Shown piece after piece: positions 1 through 30,787 of a DNA stretch of 64,000 nucleotides (positions are counted from its first letter, which is position 1; each line of letters begins with the position of its first letter). Under the pieces are notes generated by a model. It ran no database searches. It was not told where the DNA came from and saw only the letters and a list, made by a program, of their open reading frames with translations. Source of the stretch: the human T2T-CHM13v2.0 reference genome, Homo sapiens. Location of the stretch: assembly GCF_009914755.1 (NCBI RefSeq), contig NC_060934.1; one strand, 5' to 3'. Made by a program: the position numbers and the translations under genes.

Positions 1-84
1 CAAAAGAGAAAATTCTAGTTTAAGGCTCCAACTCAAAGTGTGCCTCTGTGAAGTACTCTTGAAAAAGAAAAAAAACAGCAACAA

Positions 85-1203
<1,119 letters not shown>

Positions 1204-1259
1204 TCAAAATCAAATACACCCTTGGAAGGTGAAGATTCTCCACCATTAAAGATGGATGA

Positions 1260-1465
1260 GGCTGGGAGCAGTGGCCACTAAAAAATAAATAAATAAATAC
1301 AAAAATTACCCAGGCGTGGTGGCAGGCACCTGTAATCCCAGCTACTTGGGAGGCTGAGGCAGGAAAATGGCTTGAACCCGGGAGGCAGATGGTGAGCCAA
1401 GATGGCGCCAGTGCACTCCAGCCTGGGCAACAGAATGAGACTCCCTCTGAAGAAAAAAAAAAAAA
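1260..1465 (+). mobile_element. Alu with most of the left monomer deleted
   Basis: ggctgggagcagtggc jumps directly to the middle A-tract and right monomer. Confidence 0.85.
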
Positions 1466-1718
1466 GATGGCTGAATGTCTGTCTATGCTGTAGGCTTAGA
1501 AAATAAAACCAAAAGAGGAGTTGTAGAAATCTCTGCATTGTTTGAACAAACAGTCCAACGTGACTGCTTTAAGGGTGACAACTATTATCTGACTCTTTAT
1601 GTTCCATTTTTTTTAATTACCTTAGTTTGTAGTCATATCTATCATAGTCACGAGGTAAGCTGCATGTCAATATGGCACGTCAATGCTTGAACTAAGTTGG
1701 CTGATGGTGTCAACCTGA

Positions 1719-2400
<682 letters not shown>

Positions 2401-2679
2401 CAGTTTGACTTTCTAGCTCCACTTCTGCAGACTCCCCAGCCTACAAGTAAAGTTCTTTCTCAACTCTTTGGTCTTGGACAAAGCAAAACTCTTTCTGCAT
2501 GGGTCCTTCAGTCCTTCTTACCCTCATGTTCAGGCAAACCAGATTATTAATATTACTAACATCCTCACTGGTCATATCCCAGGATCTCAGATCTTGCCTT
2601 AAACTCTCATTCTCTCTCTGTCTATATACATATATATATATACCCCCGACTCCTCCCTCTCCCTCTTTCACATTTTTTC

Positions 2680-3620
<941 letters not shown>

Positions 3621-3934
3621 ATTCTGCACCACACAGTCCTCCCTTTTTATATCTGCCTCGTTGTAAGTCTTTCCCTTCTAGCCTCCATCAACCCATTGTC
3701 CCAACATCTGGCAAGCAGATTCCTTCGTTTCTGTTTGAACATCTGTTCTTCTACCACCCCACAGGCCTTCACACTTACCCATCCCCAGTCTTCCACCTGG
3801 AGCCTCAAGCTTACATCCTAGAGCACCCCAATTCCTCCTCACTTCAGCCTCCACCTCCCCCTACCCACCTAACAAGGCAAAGTACACAAGCTATCGCTGA
3901 TTTCAACATAACCATTAGATTTTGCTGAACTTAA

Positions 3935-4250
<316 letters not shown>

Positions 4251-4268
4251 GACAATAGGCTATTTATT

Positions 4269-4450
4269 TAGTTATTTAGAGACAGGGTCTTGCTCTGTTG
4301 CCCATGCTGGAGTACAGTTGCTCAGTCATAGCTCACTGCAGCCTTGAGCTCCTGGGCTCAAGTGATCCTCCCACCTCAGCCTCCCAAATAGCTAGGACCG
4401 CAAGTTATTATTTTTTTAGAGATAGGGTCTCACTATGTTGCCCAGGCTGA
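4269..4450 (-). mobile_element. AluJ fragment
   Basis: Reverse Alu consensus with an internal deletion. Confidence 0.8.
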
Positions 4451-6252
4451 TGATTCTCTATTTAGTAAGTATTTAAGAGCTGTACAAATGTCAGACATGA
4501 TTTTCAGTTCAGGTGAGCCCCCAGCTGTGCTGGGGCCTCTTGCTCTTTGGGACAGCACTGGCCTGTGGTCAAGCCAATGAGCTCAACACAGGACCGGCTG
4601 CTCGGTCCTCGCGCACAGCCTGGCCCCAGGAAGGCAAGGCCCCAGAAGCCACTCAACCAGTGGAAACAGCGAGGCTTATGGTAAGGTGAGAGGGACTGCC
4701 AGTACTTAGTACATCTAAAGACCCTTCTGTTGTTTTCCTTCAAACATCTTCCAAAGGGGAATATCTTAGAAAAACCTGAGCGCATTCAAAGAACAAAGAT
4801 GTGAGAGGGGCTGGAAAATAGGACCCATGAGGAATGGGGAAAAGAAGCTATGATTCTTAGTCAGGAGAAGAGAAAGCCTAGAGGCCACTTAACAATGGCC
4901 TGCAAGGTTTAAAGCGATATTCCTCCGAGAATGGAGACCAGCTGTTCACCATCTCCAGCAAGGACAGAACAAAAGGAAATGAGCTTCGGCTTCCACACGA
5001 GTGATTTAAGCTGGAAAATAATCTCTGCCAATGAGGATATCAGACTTGGGATAAGTTATCAAGGGAGATCAGGGGCTCTCCTCTGGAGTTCTTCAAAAAG
5101 CAAAGAGGCCCGTTTTCCTGGGCGGGTCAGGTGCGATCTGGCAGCAGCCAGAGGGGAGGAGAGGAAGGTTGGGGGAGGCTCTGGGTCCTCTCCAGCCGTA
5201 GGAGTCCATGACTTTGTTTTTCAAATAGTCTCCACTTTTGTCCTTGCGGTCTCTCCAGCAGCATAATAGTTTTTTGGACTCTGGCATTTGCAGGATTGAG
5301 GCAGGGGAGAGGTGAAAGCAAAGGCATGCAAAGAATGAGAAGAGAAGAATGAAAGGAAGAGAAATTGATTAATTTTCCATGGGAGAGGCAGGGAGAAACT
5401 GCAAATAACTAAGCACAGGCCCTTAGTAACTGTCAGTTTCTAAAGTAAGAATCTCTCACTTTCTCATATGAAAATTAGCTTCCATATATATATACACACT
5501 AATTGGTTCTTCTTTTCCTTTCTTGCTGGGTTTCCTGGCCTCCTTTTGAATCCTTTGTACATTCCCTTTACACCTTCAATATTAGCCTGTTTCAGTTTCC
5601 TGTACAACAAAAGCCAAAGACAGATTCTTCTTATTGAATCCAACACTTTACAAATCCAAAGCCCAAACCTTTATCATAACATTACCCGTCTATGAAATGC
5701 AAACCCAGCCCCTGATTCGTATATATTTTTCCTGTTTTTAATCCTTTAAGGCCTTGGGTGTCTCTCCAGCCTTTGGCCTCCTTTATTAAGCCCGATGCTA
5801 ACAGCTGACTCCTATGACCCCGGAGCCAGTGTCTTTGAAGTGCACGGGCACTCAGGGACAGCCACACCCACCGGGCTGAACCCCCCAGGAACGTCCCCCC
5901 ACCCCACCCCTGCCTCCCCGTGGGTGGCTGCACTCGGGTATGGGAGAGTGACATTGTCCATCTCTGCATCTGCTCCCACGCGGGTTTTGGCTGCTCAGGC
6001 TCAGAGACAGCCCTGAGAATGACAAGAAGGAAAGGTTGCTTGTCTTGTATTTCATCCAGAGCCTGGTGGTCTGCTCTGGGGTGACCCAGCCTCAGGACTT
6101 CCTTCCTCAGGCAGCTTCGATGGTGAGCACTAGGATGTGAGCCCCACCAGAGCTGAGCCTCATCTGTCCTGCTCACTGTGTGCCTAGAAGAGTATCTGGC
6201 ACATGTCGGAGAGCAATCAGTATTCACAAGCAAATGCCAGAGCAGGAAAGGG

Positions 6253-6505
6253 CTTGCCCAGGCTGGAGTGTAGTGGTATGATCATGACTCACTGCAGCCT
6301 TGACCTCCAGGCTCAAGCAATCCTCCACCTCAGCCTCCTTAGCTGGGACTACAGGCCTGTGCCACTACACCCCACTAATTTTTTTTTTTAGAGACAGGGT
6401 CTTACTATGTTACCCAGGCTGGTCTCAAACTCCTGGTCTCAAACAATCCTCCCACCTCGGCTTCCTGAAGTGCTGGAGTTACAGACGTGAGCCAATGTGC
6501 CTGGC
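6253..6505 (-). mobile_element. AluJ, 3'-truncated
   Basis: Reverse Alu consensus. Confidence 0.85.
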
Positions 6506-7169
6506 CCATTCTCACCTCTTGTTGCAGACAGAGGAGGTTCCAGGCCTTTTTCTAGGGTTTTTGTGACTGTCAAAGACCTATCTGTACCCCTGGAAAGAAA
6601 GACCTCATCTGGTCAATTAGTCCATGCTAAAATGTTAATGGTACTAATGGGTTAATTCATTCTCTCTTGTGCACTCTCTCTCTCTCTGTCAGAGCCTGAC
6701 CTCCCCCCTAGACTCCTCCCCCTTGCCTTGCTGGGCAATAGCCATTCATCCCCAGATGCAGAGCAGAAAGGAGCCTCCTCCGCCACTAACCCTTGAATTC
6801 TTGAGCTGAGGCCAAGAACCAGGCAGCCGGAACAGAACCAGTTGAGATTAGAGTTTCACACATCTTCCAAGGACAGATTCTGCTGGCTGCCCCGGGAACC
6901 CACATAGCCTTGCCCAAGCAGAGAGAACACAGAGCCAGCCCTGCAGAAGATGTAGGGAGCAAGACAGTGACTCTCTCAGGGGCCTCAGGGGGTCTTGTCA
7001 TCACCCCAGCCTGGGACTGTGGCAAGTCTTCACCCTCGGAGCCAGGCTGTGCTGCCCAAGACTGCCCAGGGTGAGAGAAACAGGGCAAAACCAACCAACA
7101 GATGGTGTTTCTAGCTCCCTAACCTGCTGTGTATGCCCCAGAAGCACTGGGGAACTTTTTGGTTTTTTA

Positions 7170-8804
<1,635 letters not shown>

Positions 8805-9739
8805 TGAGTGATTCTGACATATAACCCAGCTTAGGAATAACAGCCCCACTAGGCTGGCTGACTCACCTTCCCTCTCATCTTTCTAGGACTCTGTTTTCCC
8901 CATTGCGGGGGATTTCGGCTCATCAAGTTACACCAATTGACTCTCAGCATCACTGAGCTTTTTCTTTCACATCCAGGGTGAGTTTAAGTCAGTGCTTCTC
9001 TGGGTCTCACAGGAGTGGACATTCTAAAGCCAGCATCTCCTCTGAGTAACTCACTCCCCAATGATGGGAGTTTGACTTTTCCTTGGTTATGAGTTACAGG
9101 ATGAAAGTCAGGTGCAAACACTTATTTCTTCAAGCCAACAAATCCTAGCACCTCCTCGATCTCAGAGAAGGTCAGCAGACATGTGTGTGCCACGTTTCTT
9201 CATCTCAAGAGCTGTGTATCATAGTGGGAAACTGGACTTGCAAATGGCTATGCAGGAAGAGAAGGCTGTGTGAGTGTCGGCCCCTGGGTAGAGGCTGTCT
9301 TTGTTGAAACCATGGTGCCCCGACAAAAGCCGGAAAGCGAATCTCCTTCTACTGCACCTGCAGGCTCTGGGCCCAAGCATGTTCCGGGCGAGAGGATATT
9401 TAGGGATTTCTGGGTTTAGCTTTCTCCGTTTTGCCGTTCAGTTCACTCTGGCCCTGGCTGTCTCCAAAGGAGAGGACTGATACCATGGGATTAAGTCCTT
9501 ATGTTCAAGCTCCGGTCTGGGAAGCTGAGTCTCCATCTTTTTCTGAGGCCAAGGCATTGTTCTGACAACTGCCCTTGACTCCAGTTCCTTCAGGATGAGG
9601 GCCGTGGCTTTTCTTGCCCACTCTTCTGCTCCTGAATCCTTCCTCGCAGCCTCTAACCACACTGCTAGCCCTCATCTCTGGCTTGCTGCCAATTTCCTCT
9701 GGCACTATCCTCCCTAGCTGGCTGCAAACCCACCTGTTG

Positions 9740-10012
9740 TTTTTTGGGTTTTTTAGAGATGGGGTCTCGCTCTATTGCAATCATAGCTCACTGCAGCATC
9801 GAACTCTTGGGCTCGACAATCCTCCCACCTCAACCTCCTAAATAGCTGAGACTATAGGTGCCCACCACCACATCTGGCTTATTTTTTTATTTTTTTGTAA
9901 GAGATGGAGTCTCACTAGATTACCCAGGCTGCTCTCAAACTCCTGGCCTCAAGGGATCCTCCCACTTCTGCCTCCCAAAGTGCTGGGATTACAGGCATGA
10001 GCCCCAGTGCCC
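9740..10012 (-). mobile_element. AluJ
   Basis: Reverse Alu consensus. Confidence 0.85.
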
Positions 10013-10499
10013 GATCGCCACTTGTTTTCTCTTGCTTACTCTCCCTGACCCTGGGCATCTGCCCTTAGAAATGTCGTTGTCCCCAGCTGCGCCAGCTCCT
10101 GATCCCACGCTCTGCCTGCTTCATTTTCTGCTGTTCCCTTCATCTATCCTTCTCCCATCCCTCAATCCCCCCTCCCCCAGCCATTCTACCTCTGATGTGT
10201 TATTGATAATATGAATCGGAATTTGAAAGGACACAGAGGATTTCATGTGTAAAGGACGCACTGTTTCCTTTATTTACTATTACTGCCGTGCAATCAGTTG
10301 CCCTTTTAAACAATGATTCCTCCTTACACAATGCTCTTTTAATGTTTTCATCCCTATAAGATGAGTGTTCCTTGATACAAATAGCAGTTGCCACTTCCTT
10401 TATGGATGTAATGATTAGAGAATGTTCCTTTATAAAAGTTCTCAGCCCTTACTGTGCCTCATAATTGCCTGGGATGCTTTATAAAACCCTATGGTCTGG

Positions 10500-12545
<2,046 letters not shown>

Positions 12546-12671
12546 AAAAAAGAATTGAAATGTGACACACACATGATTTTACATCCTAAAACAATGCTAC
12601 ATATACTTTAAACATAATCCAGAAATTTTATGACTTGCTAGTGCTTTACAAGTTATTTAAAGAACACAACA

Positions 12672-13990
<1,319 letters not shown>

Positions 13991-14160
13991 TACATTGATT
14001 TAAAAAAAATAAAATAAGATAAGATAATAACAGGCAGGCCATATTTGTCCCACTGGCCATAGCTTGGCAATCTCTTTTTAAGAGCAGTCTATGTAGCATT
14101 GGTATTATCTAATATTTGAAAAATTCATAAAATTCCATTATAAAGTCAAAAAAAAAAAAA
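13991..14160 (+). other. L1-mediated 3' transduction (13991-14147) with second poly(A) (14148-14160)
   Basis: Non-L1 sequence lies between the L1 tail and a 13-A tract, inside the TSD aaagaacacaac (12659-12670 / 14158-14169); it includes a MER58-like end at 14031-14075. Confidence 0.82.
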
Positions 14161-14774
14161 GAACACAACGTATTTAAAGAACACAAAGTCATTGGTAGCA
14201 TATCACCAATGATCTTCTCCTGCACAAGTAAATGTTTAGGAGGATTATATAATCATCAGCTTCAGCACTAGGTACAGAGATGAATAACAACATTTGAACT
14301 ATTGCATGTCCATGAGTGGATTAAAGACTAGTTACTAGAAAATAATAGACCAAAAATATGACTTATGAAAATAAGTTCCATAAACACTATCATCATCACC
14401 AAATGTCACTCAAACTAACAGTAATTTATTCTCTAAAATCATGAGTAAGTAGCCATTTGAAATCACAACCATATCTAGGCAAGTGATATCAAGCTTCCTT
14501 TCCCCAGCCTGTAGGGATTCCTTGAGAGTCTAGGCAGTAATTGCTCAGTAACAACCAAGCCTAGCATAGCTGCCAATATCTTAGAATACTGAAATTGTAT
14601 TATCAGTAAATGCTAAAAACAAAATAGATTTAGTTGCTTAATATTGAACATAACTACCCTTAATTACTCGCTTGGCAGAGTGGTGGGTAAGTAACCCCAG
14701 AGGTTGAACATAAAAGTGAAAATTTATAAAATTTTGCCTTGCTTACCCAAAACATATCCCCCCCAAAGGCATGC

Positions 14775-16580
<1,806 letters not shown>

Positions 16581-16594
16581 AGCCAGGTGTGGTT

Positions 16595-17668
16595 TTATAT
16601 ATATAAAAAATATATTTATATATAACTATAATATATATTTATATATAACTATAATATATATATAATATATATATAAATATATATATTATAGTTATATATA
16701 AATATATATAATAGTTATATATAAATATAATATATATATTTATATATAACTATAATATATATAAAATATTTATATATAACTATAATATATAAAATATTTA
16801 TATATAACTATAATATATATAAATATAGTTATATATAAATATAATATATATAAATATATTTTATTATTATATATAACTATATTTATATATAAATATATTT
16901 TATTATTATATAAAAATATATTTATAGATAAATATAATATATATAAAATATATTTATATTAAATATAATATATAAAATATATTATATAATATATTATATA
17001 TATAATATATAATATATTATATATATAATATATTATATAATATATTATATAAAAATATATTATATAATATATTATATATAAAATATATTATATATAAATA
17101 TTTATATAAAATATATTTATATAAAAATATAATATATATAAAATATATTTATATATAAATATAATATATAATATATAAATATAAAATATATATAATATAT
17201 ATAAACATAAAATATTTATATATATTATATATAAATAGAAAATATTTATATATAATATATATAAATAGAAAATATTTATATATAATATATATAAATAGAA
17301 AATATTTATATATAATATATATAAATAGAAAATATTTATATATAATATAAATAGAAAATATTTATATATAATATAAATAGAAAATATTTATATATAATAT
17401 ATAAATAGAAAATATTTATATATAATATATAAATAGAAAATATTTATATATAATATATAAATAGAAAATATTTATATATAATATATAAATAGAAAATATT
17501 TAAATATAATATATAAATAGAAAATATTTATATATAATATATAAATAGAAAATATTTAAATATAATATATAAATATAAAATATTTAAATATAATATATAA
17601 TATTTAATATATTTAATATATAAATATTAAATATTTTTATATATAATATATATAAATATTTACATATA
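16595..17668. repeat. ~1.07-kb AT-rich (TA)n-derived low-complexity tract containing a 26-30-bp minisatellite
   Basis: Almost pure A/T; the unit ataaatagaaaatatttatatataatat(at) is repeated about 17231-17580. Confidence 0.95.
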
Positions 17669-17726
17669 TTACTTCATCTGAGTGATGTGCCTAAGAGCTT
17701 ATAGAGCAGGGAAGATCCTAAGCTTA

Positions 17727-18155
<429 letters not shown>

Positions 18156-18887
18156 TCAGTCAGTTACCAGTCCTCTGCTTTTCCAGGTAGCTTTGCCTCT
18201 AAGCACACCAGGCAAGCAACTCCTCCCATTCTAAGGGACACATCCTGACTGCCACCTTCATTGCAATAGCAGCAGCACCACATCTGAGCACAACAGGCCC
18301 CCTCGCACTTCCCAGGTTTCACTCCTTTTATAAAGAAATCAAGCCCATGCTCTCACGCCCACCAGTATTTCCCAGACTTTCCAGATTGTGATGAATTGCC
18401 TAAAGCATTGACTTGAAACAAAGCAAACCAAAACCAGATTCTCAGCACCTGCCCTTGGATGGTCTGACGAAGCCCTGGAATCACCCAGGGGATTCTAATG
18501 ACCAGATGAATTTGGGAAATTCTGAGCTGCCCTACAACGTCTAAAGTCAGGGTTTGAGTTTCTCCCCACCCTCCCTCTTTCCTCCTGTTGCTTCTGCAAA
18601 TAGGCAGGCTAGACTGTTTAGAGAGTCTCACCTGGCCTCCAGCATAGTCTAGAGTCAGGCTCTGATCTTGCAGATGGATGACTCACCACATCATCCCCAC
18701 GAGGGGTCCGGCATCTTCACGTGTCACCCAACCTTTAAGTTTTCTGGACAGGCTGCAGGAGGTGATGGGTCCTAAAGGAGAGGTGACTGACGCGGACTTT
18801 GTGTTGCTAAACAGCCCTGGCCGTGACAGTACAGATTAGTACAGGACAGTTCCTGGAAGGGCTGTATTTTGTAAAATAACAATGTAA

Positions 18888-19240
<353 letters not shown>

Positions 19241-19289
19241 TTCCTTGCCTTTTTCAAGCCATTTTTAAATTTTACGTTATGTATAAGAT

Positions 19290-20745
<1,456 letters not shown>

Positions 20746-21081
20746 GTCTCTTTGTTTTAGAGAACAAAAAAAAGGAAAAATGTAGTACCAAAGATTTAGG
20801 TTGGAGGAAGGTCCCAGGAAAATGGAAGCAAATACACAGAATCATGCGAAAAGACAAGAAATAATGTGGGAGTGCAGTTCTATAAAAGTACATCTTCAAA
20901 ACATTCTTTAAGGACAAACAGTATTATCTTGAACAAAACTAAATGAGGAAGGTACCACTGTCCTTAAGGTATAATAAGAAACTGAATTGCCATGAGTAAG
21001 GTCACAGCACACAGAAGCTGTGTGTGGAAAATCAAGAAATAACTATGGCAACATCTCTCCAATATTAAACAAACAAAAAGC

Positions 21082-25995
<4,914 letters not shown>

Positions 25996-26550
25996 AAAAT
26001 GATGCGATGATTTCCAGAACTCCAAGCTTGAATTAACCAGACCGTCTGCATTCGTAAGCCTGTGGTGAGTCATAGAAACTTTTTTTAAAAAGTAGAATGT
26101 CAGAGGCAAATGTTGGCAGTGGCCCCTCAGCCCAGGCCAAGGGAGGGCGGGTCCTGATCTAATCTAACAACAACTCACTCTGCCTAGGCAAGATGACAGG
26201 GATCTTCCGCTGTGCAGGTGGACATAGCAGATCATCTTACTCTGGCATCATTAACATTTGTATTAGAAAACCAGCTCCCCTAGTTCTGATTTCTGAGGTC
26301 CCTAAGCAGCTTCTTCTTGTAGAATTTGACTTCCCATGTAGCCTGCCTTTGCTGTTGGTCAAAAGTTGCCAGTATTCGGTCCCCCTCAGCCCTTTTAGTC
26401 ATGAGAAATTGGCAGGAACTTTGGTTTATCCATCATTCCCTGAGTTTGCTTCATATTACTCCAGCCATGAGAAACACTCCACTCTCCACAATCCATGGGT
26501 TGATAAATGAGGATTTTGTGCCTCTGAGGCTAAGGACCACACTCTCGACG

Positions 26551-26583
<33 letters not shown>

Positions 26584-26675
26584 CTCCAAGGAGACAATAT
26601 TATAAATTCATAGACTGCCTGACAACACCCAGTGAAGACCCTCCTGTTGGAACCTCCTCACCAAGAAGTTGTGAC

Positions 26676-27292
<617 letters not shown>

Positions 27293-27481
27293 TAACCTAT
27301 CATCAAGGACCCAAAGCTGGTGCTTATATGAGTCTCCTGTCGCCTCTTATCAGAGCCCGATTAAGGGACAGGCTAGACAGAAAGATGAGAGAAGGACAAA
27401 TGTCAGGCTCTCACTTCAGCCTCTCTCCTCATTCAGGAACAGATGGAGCCCATGCCAGTGTGACCCAGGGCAGAGGTCAGG

Positions 27482-27574
27482 CAGCTGTTCTGTTTCGTGT
27501 GTCCCTGGTCTCCTGTGCCCCCTAGGGCTGGTGGAGCCTCAATGTCCTCCAACTCAGACATCTTCTCTGCTGTT
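27482..27574 (-). repeat. Unclassified local repeat, copy A
   Basis: Minus strand ATGTCTGAGTTGGAGGACATTGAGGCTCCACCAGCCCTAGGGGGCACAGGAGACCAGGGACACACGAAACAGAACA aligns with copies B and C. Confidence 0.8.
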
Positions 27575-27800
27575 TGTTCTGTAGCCAGCTGCATACCGCC
27601 TCCATGCGGGTGCCCCTCCCTAGCGGCTGCATTTGCCCGGGGGACCAGCAAGCTGTCACATGCCAAGGCAAAGAGGAGGAAGAAACAATCACTTATTACT
27701 AGCAAAACATTACTTCTGTCTTCACAGGACCATGACACCTTCTGTCTAGGATCTTCAAACCTCCCCCACTCATGCCCCAAGTCCAATATTGTGGGGTGAC

Positions 27801-27915
27801 CCTGCCCCACCCCCTGTGCACCACACTCAGTGCAGCTTGATGTTCAGCTTTGTGTAGCCCTGGCATCCTATGCTCCCAGGCTGGCTGGAGACTTGATATT
27901 CTCCAACTCAGACAT
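27801..27915 (-). repeat. Unclassified local repeat, copy B
   Basis: 66/81 ungapped identity to copy C, counted by hand. Confidence 0.85.
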
Positions 27916-28028
27916 ACTAAGGCCACGTATATGTGGAGAGATTTCAGTGCATTATCTACTGAGAACACTGATGACTTGAGGCAATGCCAGAGCCCTTCTC
28001 CAAATGAATACTTCACATTCCCACCCGG

Positions 28029-28045
28029 TGACTCAGGCTGACTCA
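28029..28045. promoter_or_regulatory. Double AP-1 site (TGACTCA twice, 10-bp phasing), candidate enhancer core
   Basis: ggTGACTCAggcTGACTCAcc; motif match only. Confidence 0.45.
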
Positions 28046-28067
28046 CCAGGAGGCCCTTCCCCTTTGT

Positions 28068-28068
28068 C

Positions 28069-28101
<33 letters not shown>

Positions 28102-28495
28102 TTTTAGGTTCAAGGGTACAAGTGCAGGTTTGCGACATAGGTAAAATCCTTGTCATGGGGGTTTGTTATACAGATTATTTCATCGCCCATGTGTTGAGCC
28201 TAGTACCCGTTAGTTATTTTTCCTGATCCTCTCCCTCCTCCCAGCCCCCACCCTCCGGTAGGCCCCAGTGTCTGTTGTTCCCCTCTATGTGTCCATGTGT
28301 TCCCGTCATTTAGCTCCCACTTACATATGAAAACATGGTTTTTGGGTTTCTGTTTCTGTGTTAGTTCGCTAAGGATAATGGCTTTCAGCTCCATCCATGT
28401 TCCTGCAAAGGACATGATCACACTCTTTTTTATGGCTGCATAATATTCCATGATGTATATGGACTGCATTTTCTTTATTCAGTCTACCATTGATG
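28068..28495 (-). mobile_element. Old L1PA/L1PB 3' end
   Basis: Poly(T) then antisense L1 3'UTR and ORF2 end ([25 protein letters not shown]); degenerate TSD gcccttcccctttgtc / gccctcctcatttgac. Confidence 0.9.
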
Positions 28496-28598
28496 ATGCC
28501 CTCCTCATTTGACTGGGATCCAGCAGGAGACTAAAAAGGGGCTTCCTGTTTGATTTACACCCTTTTGCATTCTTTTCACCTCCAATCACCAAGGAGTG

Positions 28599-28718
28599 AA
28601 CAGCAAAAAATGTCTGAGCAGCTATTAAGTCTCCAACCAGCAGGGGAGCACAGGAGGCCAGGGATACATGAAACTAAACATCAGGCTGCACCAGGTGTGG
28701 TGCCCCGGGGTGGGGTGG
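28599..28718 (+). repeat. Unclassified local repeat, copy C (inverted relative to A and B)
   Basis: ATGTCTGAGCAGCTATTAAGTCTCCAACCAGCAGGGGAGCACAGGAGGCCAGGGATACATGAAACTAAACATCAGGCTGCACC. Confidence 0.85.
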
Positions 28719-29151
28719 AGTATGTTCCTTAATTTCTGCCTACTTTCCCAACAGCCTTCTGGCTCCATGTTGGCTTAAAGGCCCTCTCAGAATCTGACCC
28801 TTCTCTTCAGTCCTCAATTTTGTTGCCTCTCCTATTCCTACTTCCCTTCCTTTTCTCAAATCCACAGACATCTCTGGTAATCATAGTAGTCAACACCTTA
28901 CAACACTTACTATGTGTCTGGCATTCTTTCAAGGGTTTTGTGTGTATTAACACATTGAATGTTCATACTCACCCTTGGAGGTCACTCACTATCATACTCT
29001 CCATATTAAAATTGACAAAGATGTGTTCAGAGTCTTGCCCGAGTCCACCCAGCCTCTTACTCTCAACGAGACAACAGAAGAGCTTCCTTGTTCAAATAAA
29101 CAACTAACATTGATCATAGAAGTGAAAGACCTACCTAATAACTTATCATGG

Positions 29152-30787
<1,636 letters not shown>

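Noticed and set aside
4508-4686. Possible exon (tttcag acceptor, ATG|GTAAGG donor)
   Set aside because: Splice-like motifs only, with no recognisable coding homology or partner exons.
5093-6233. Non-repeat ORFs of 64-183 aa and a polypyrimidine tract on the minus strand
   Set aside because: No recognisable protein family; lengths are compatible with chance.
16595-17668. CRISPR-like array
   Set aside because: Eukaryotic low-complexity tandem repeat with no unique spacers or cas genes.
27433-28732. Triplicated element as a family of small proteins (MSELE.../MSEQL...)
   Set aside because: The reading frame from the shared ATG is not preserved among copies because of indels, so coding function is unsupported; retained only as a DNA-level finding.
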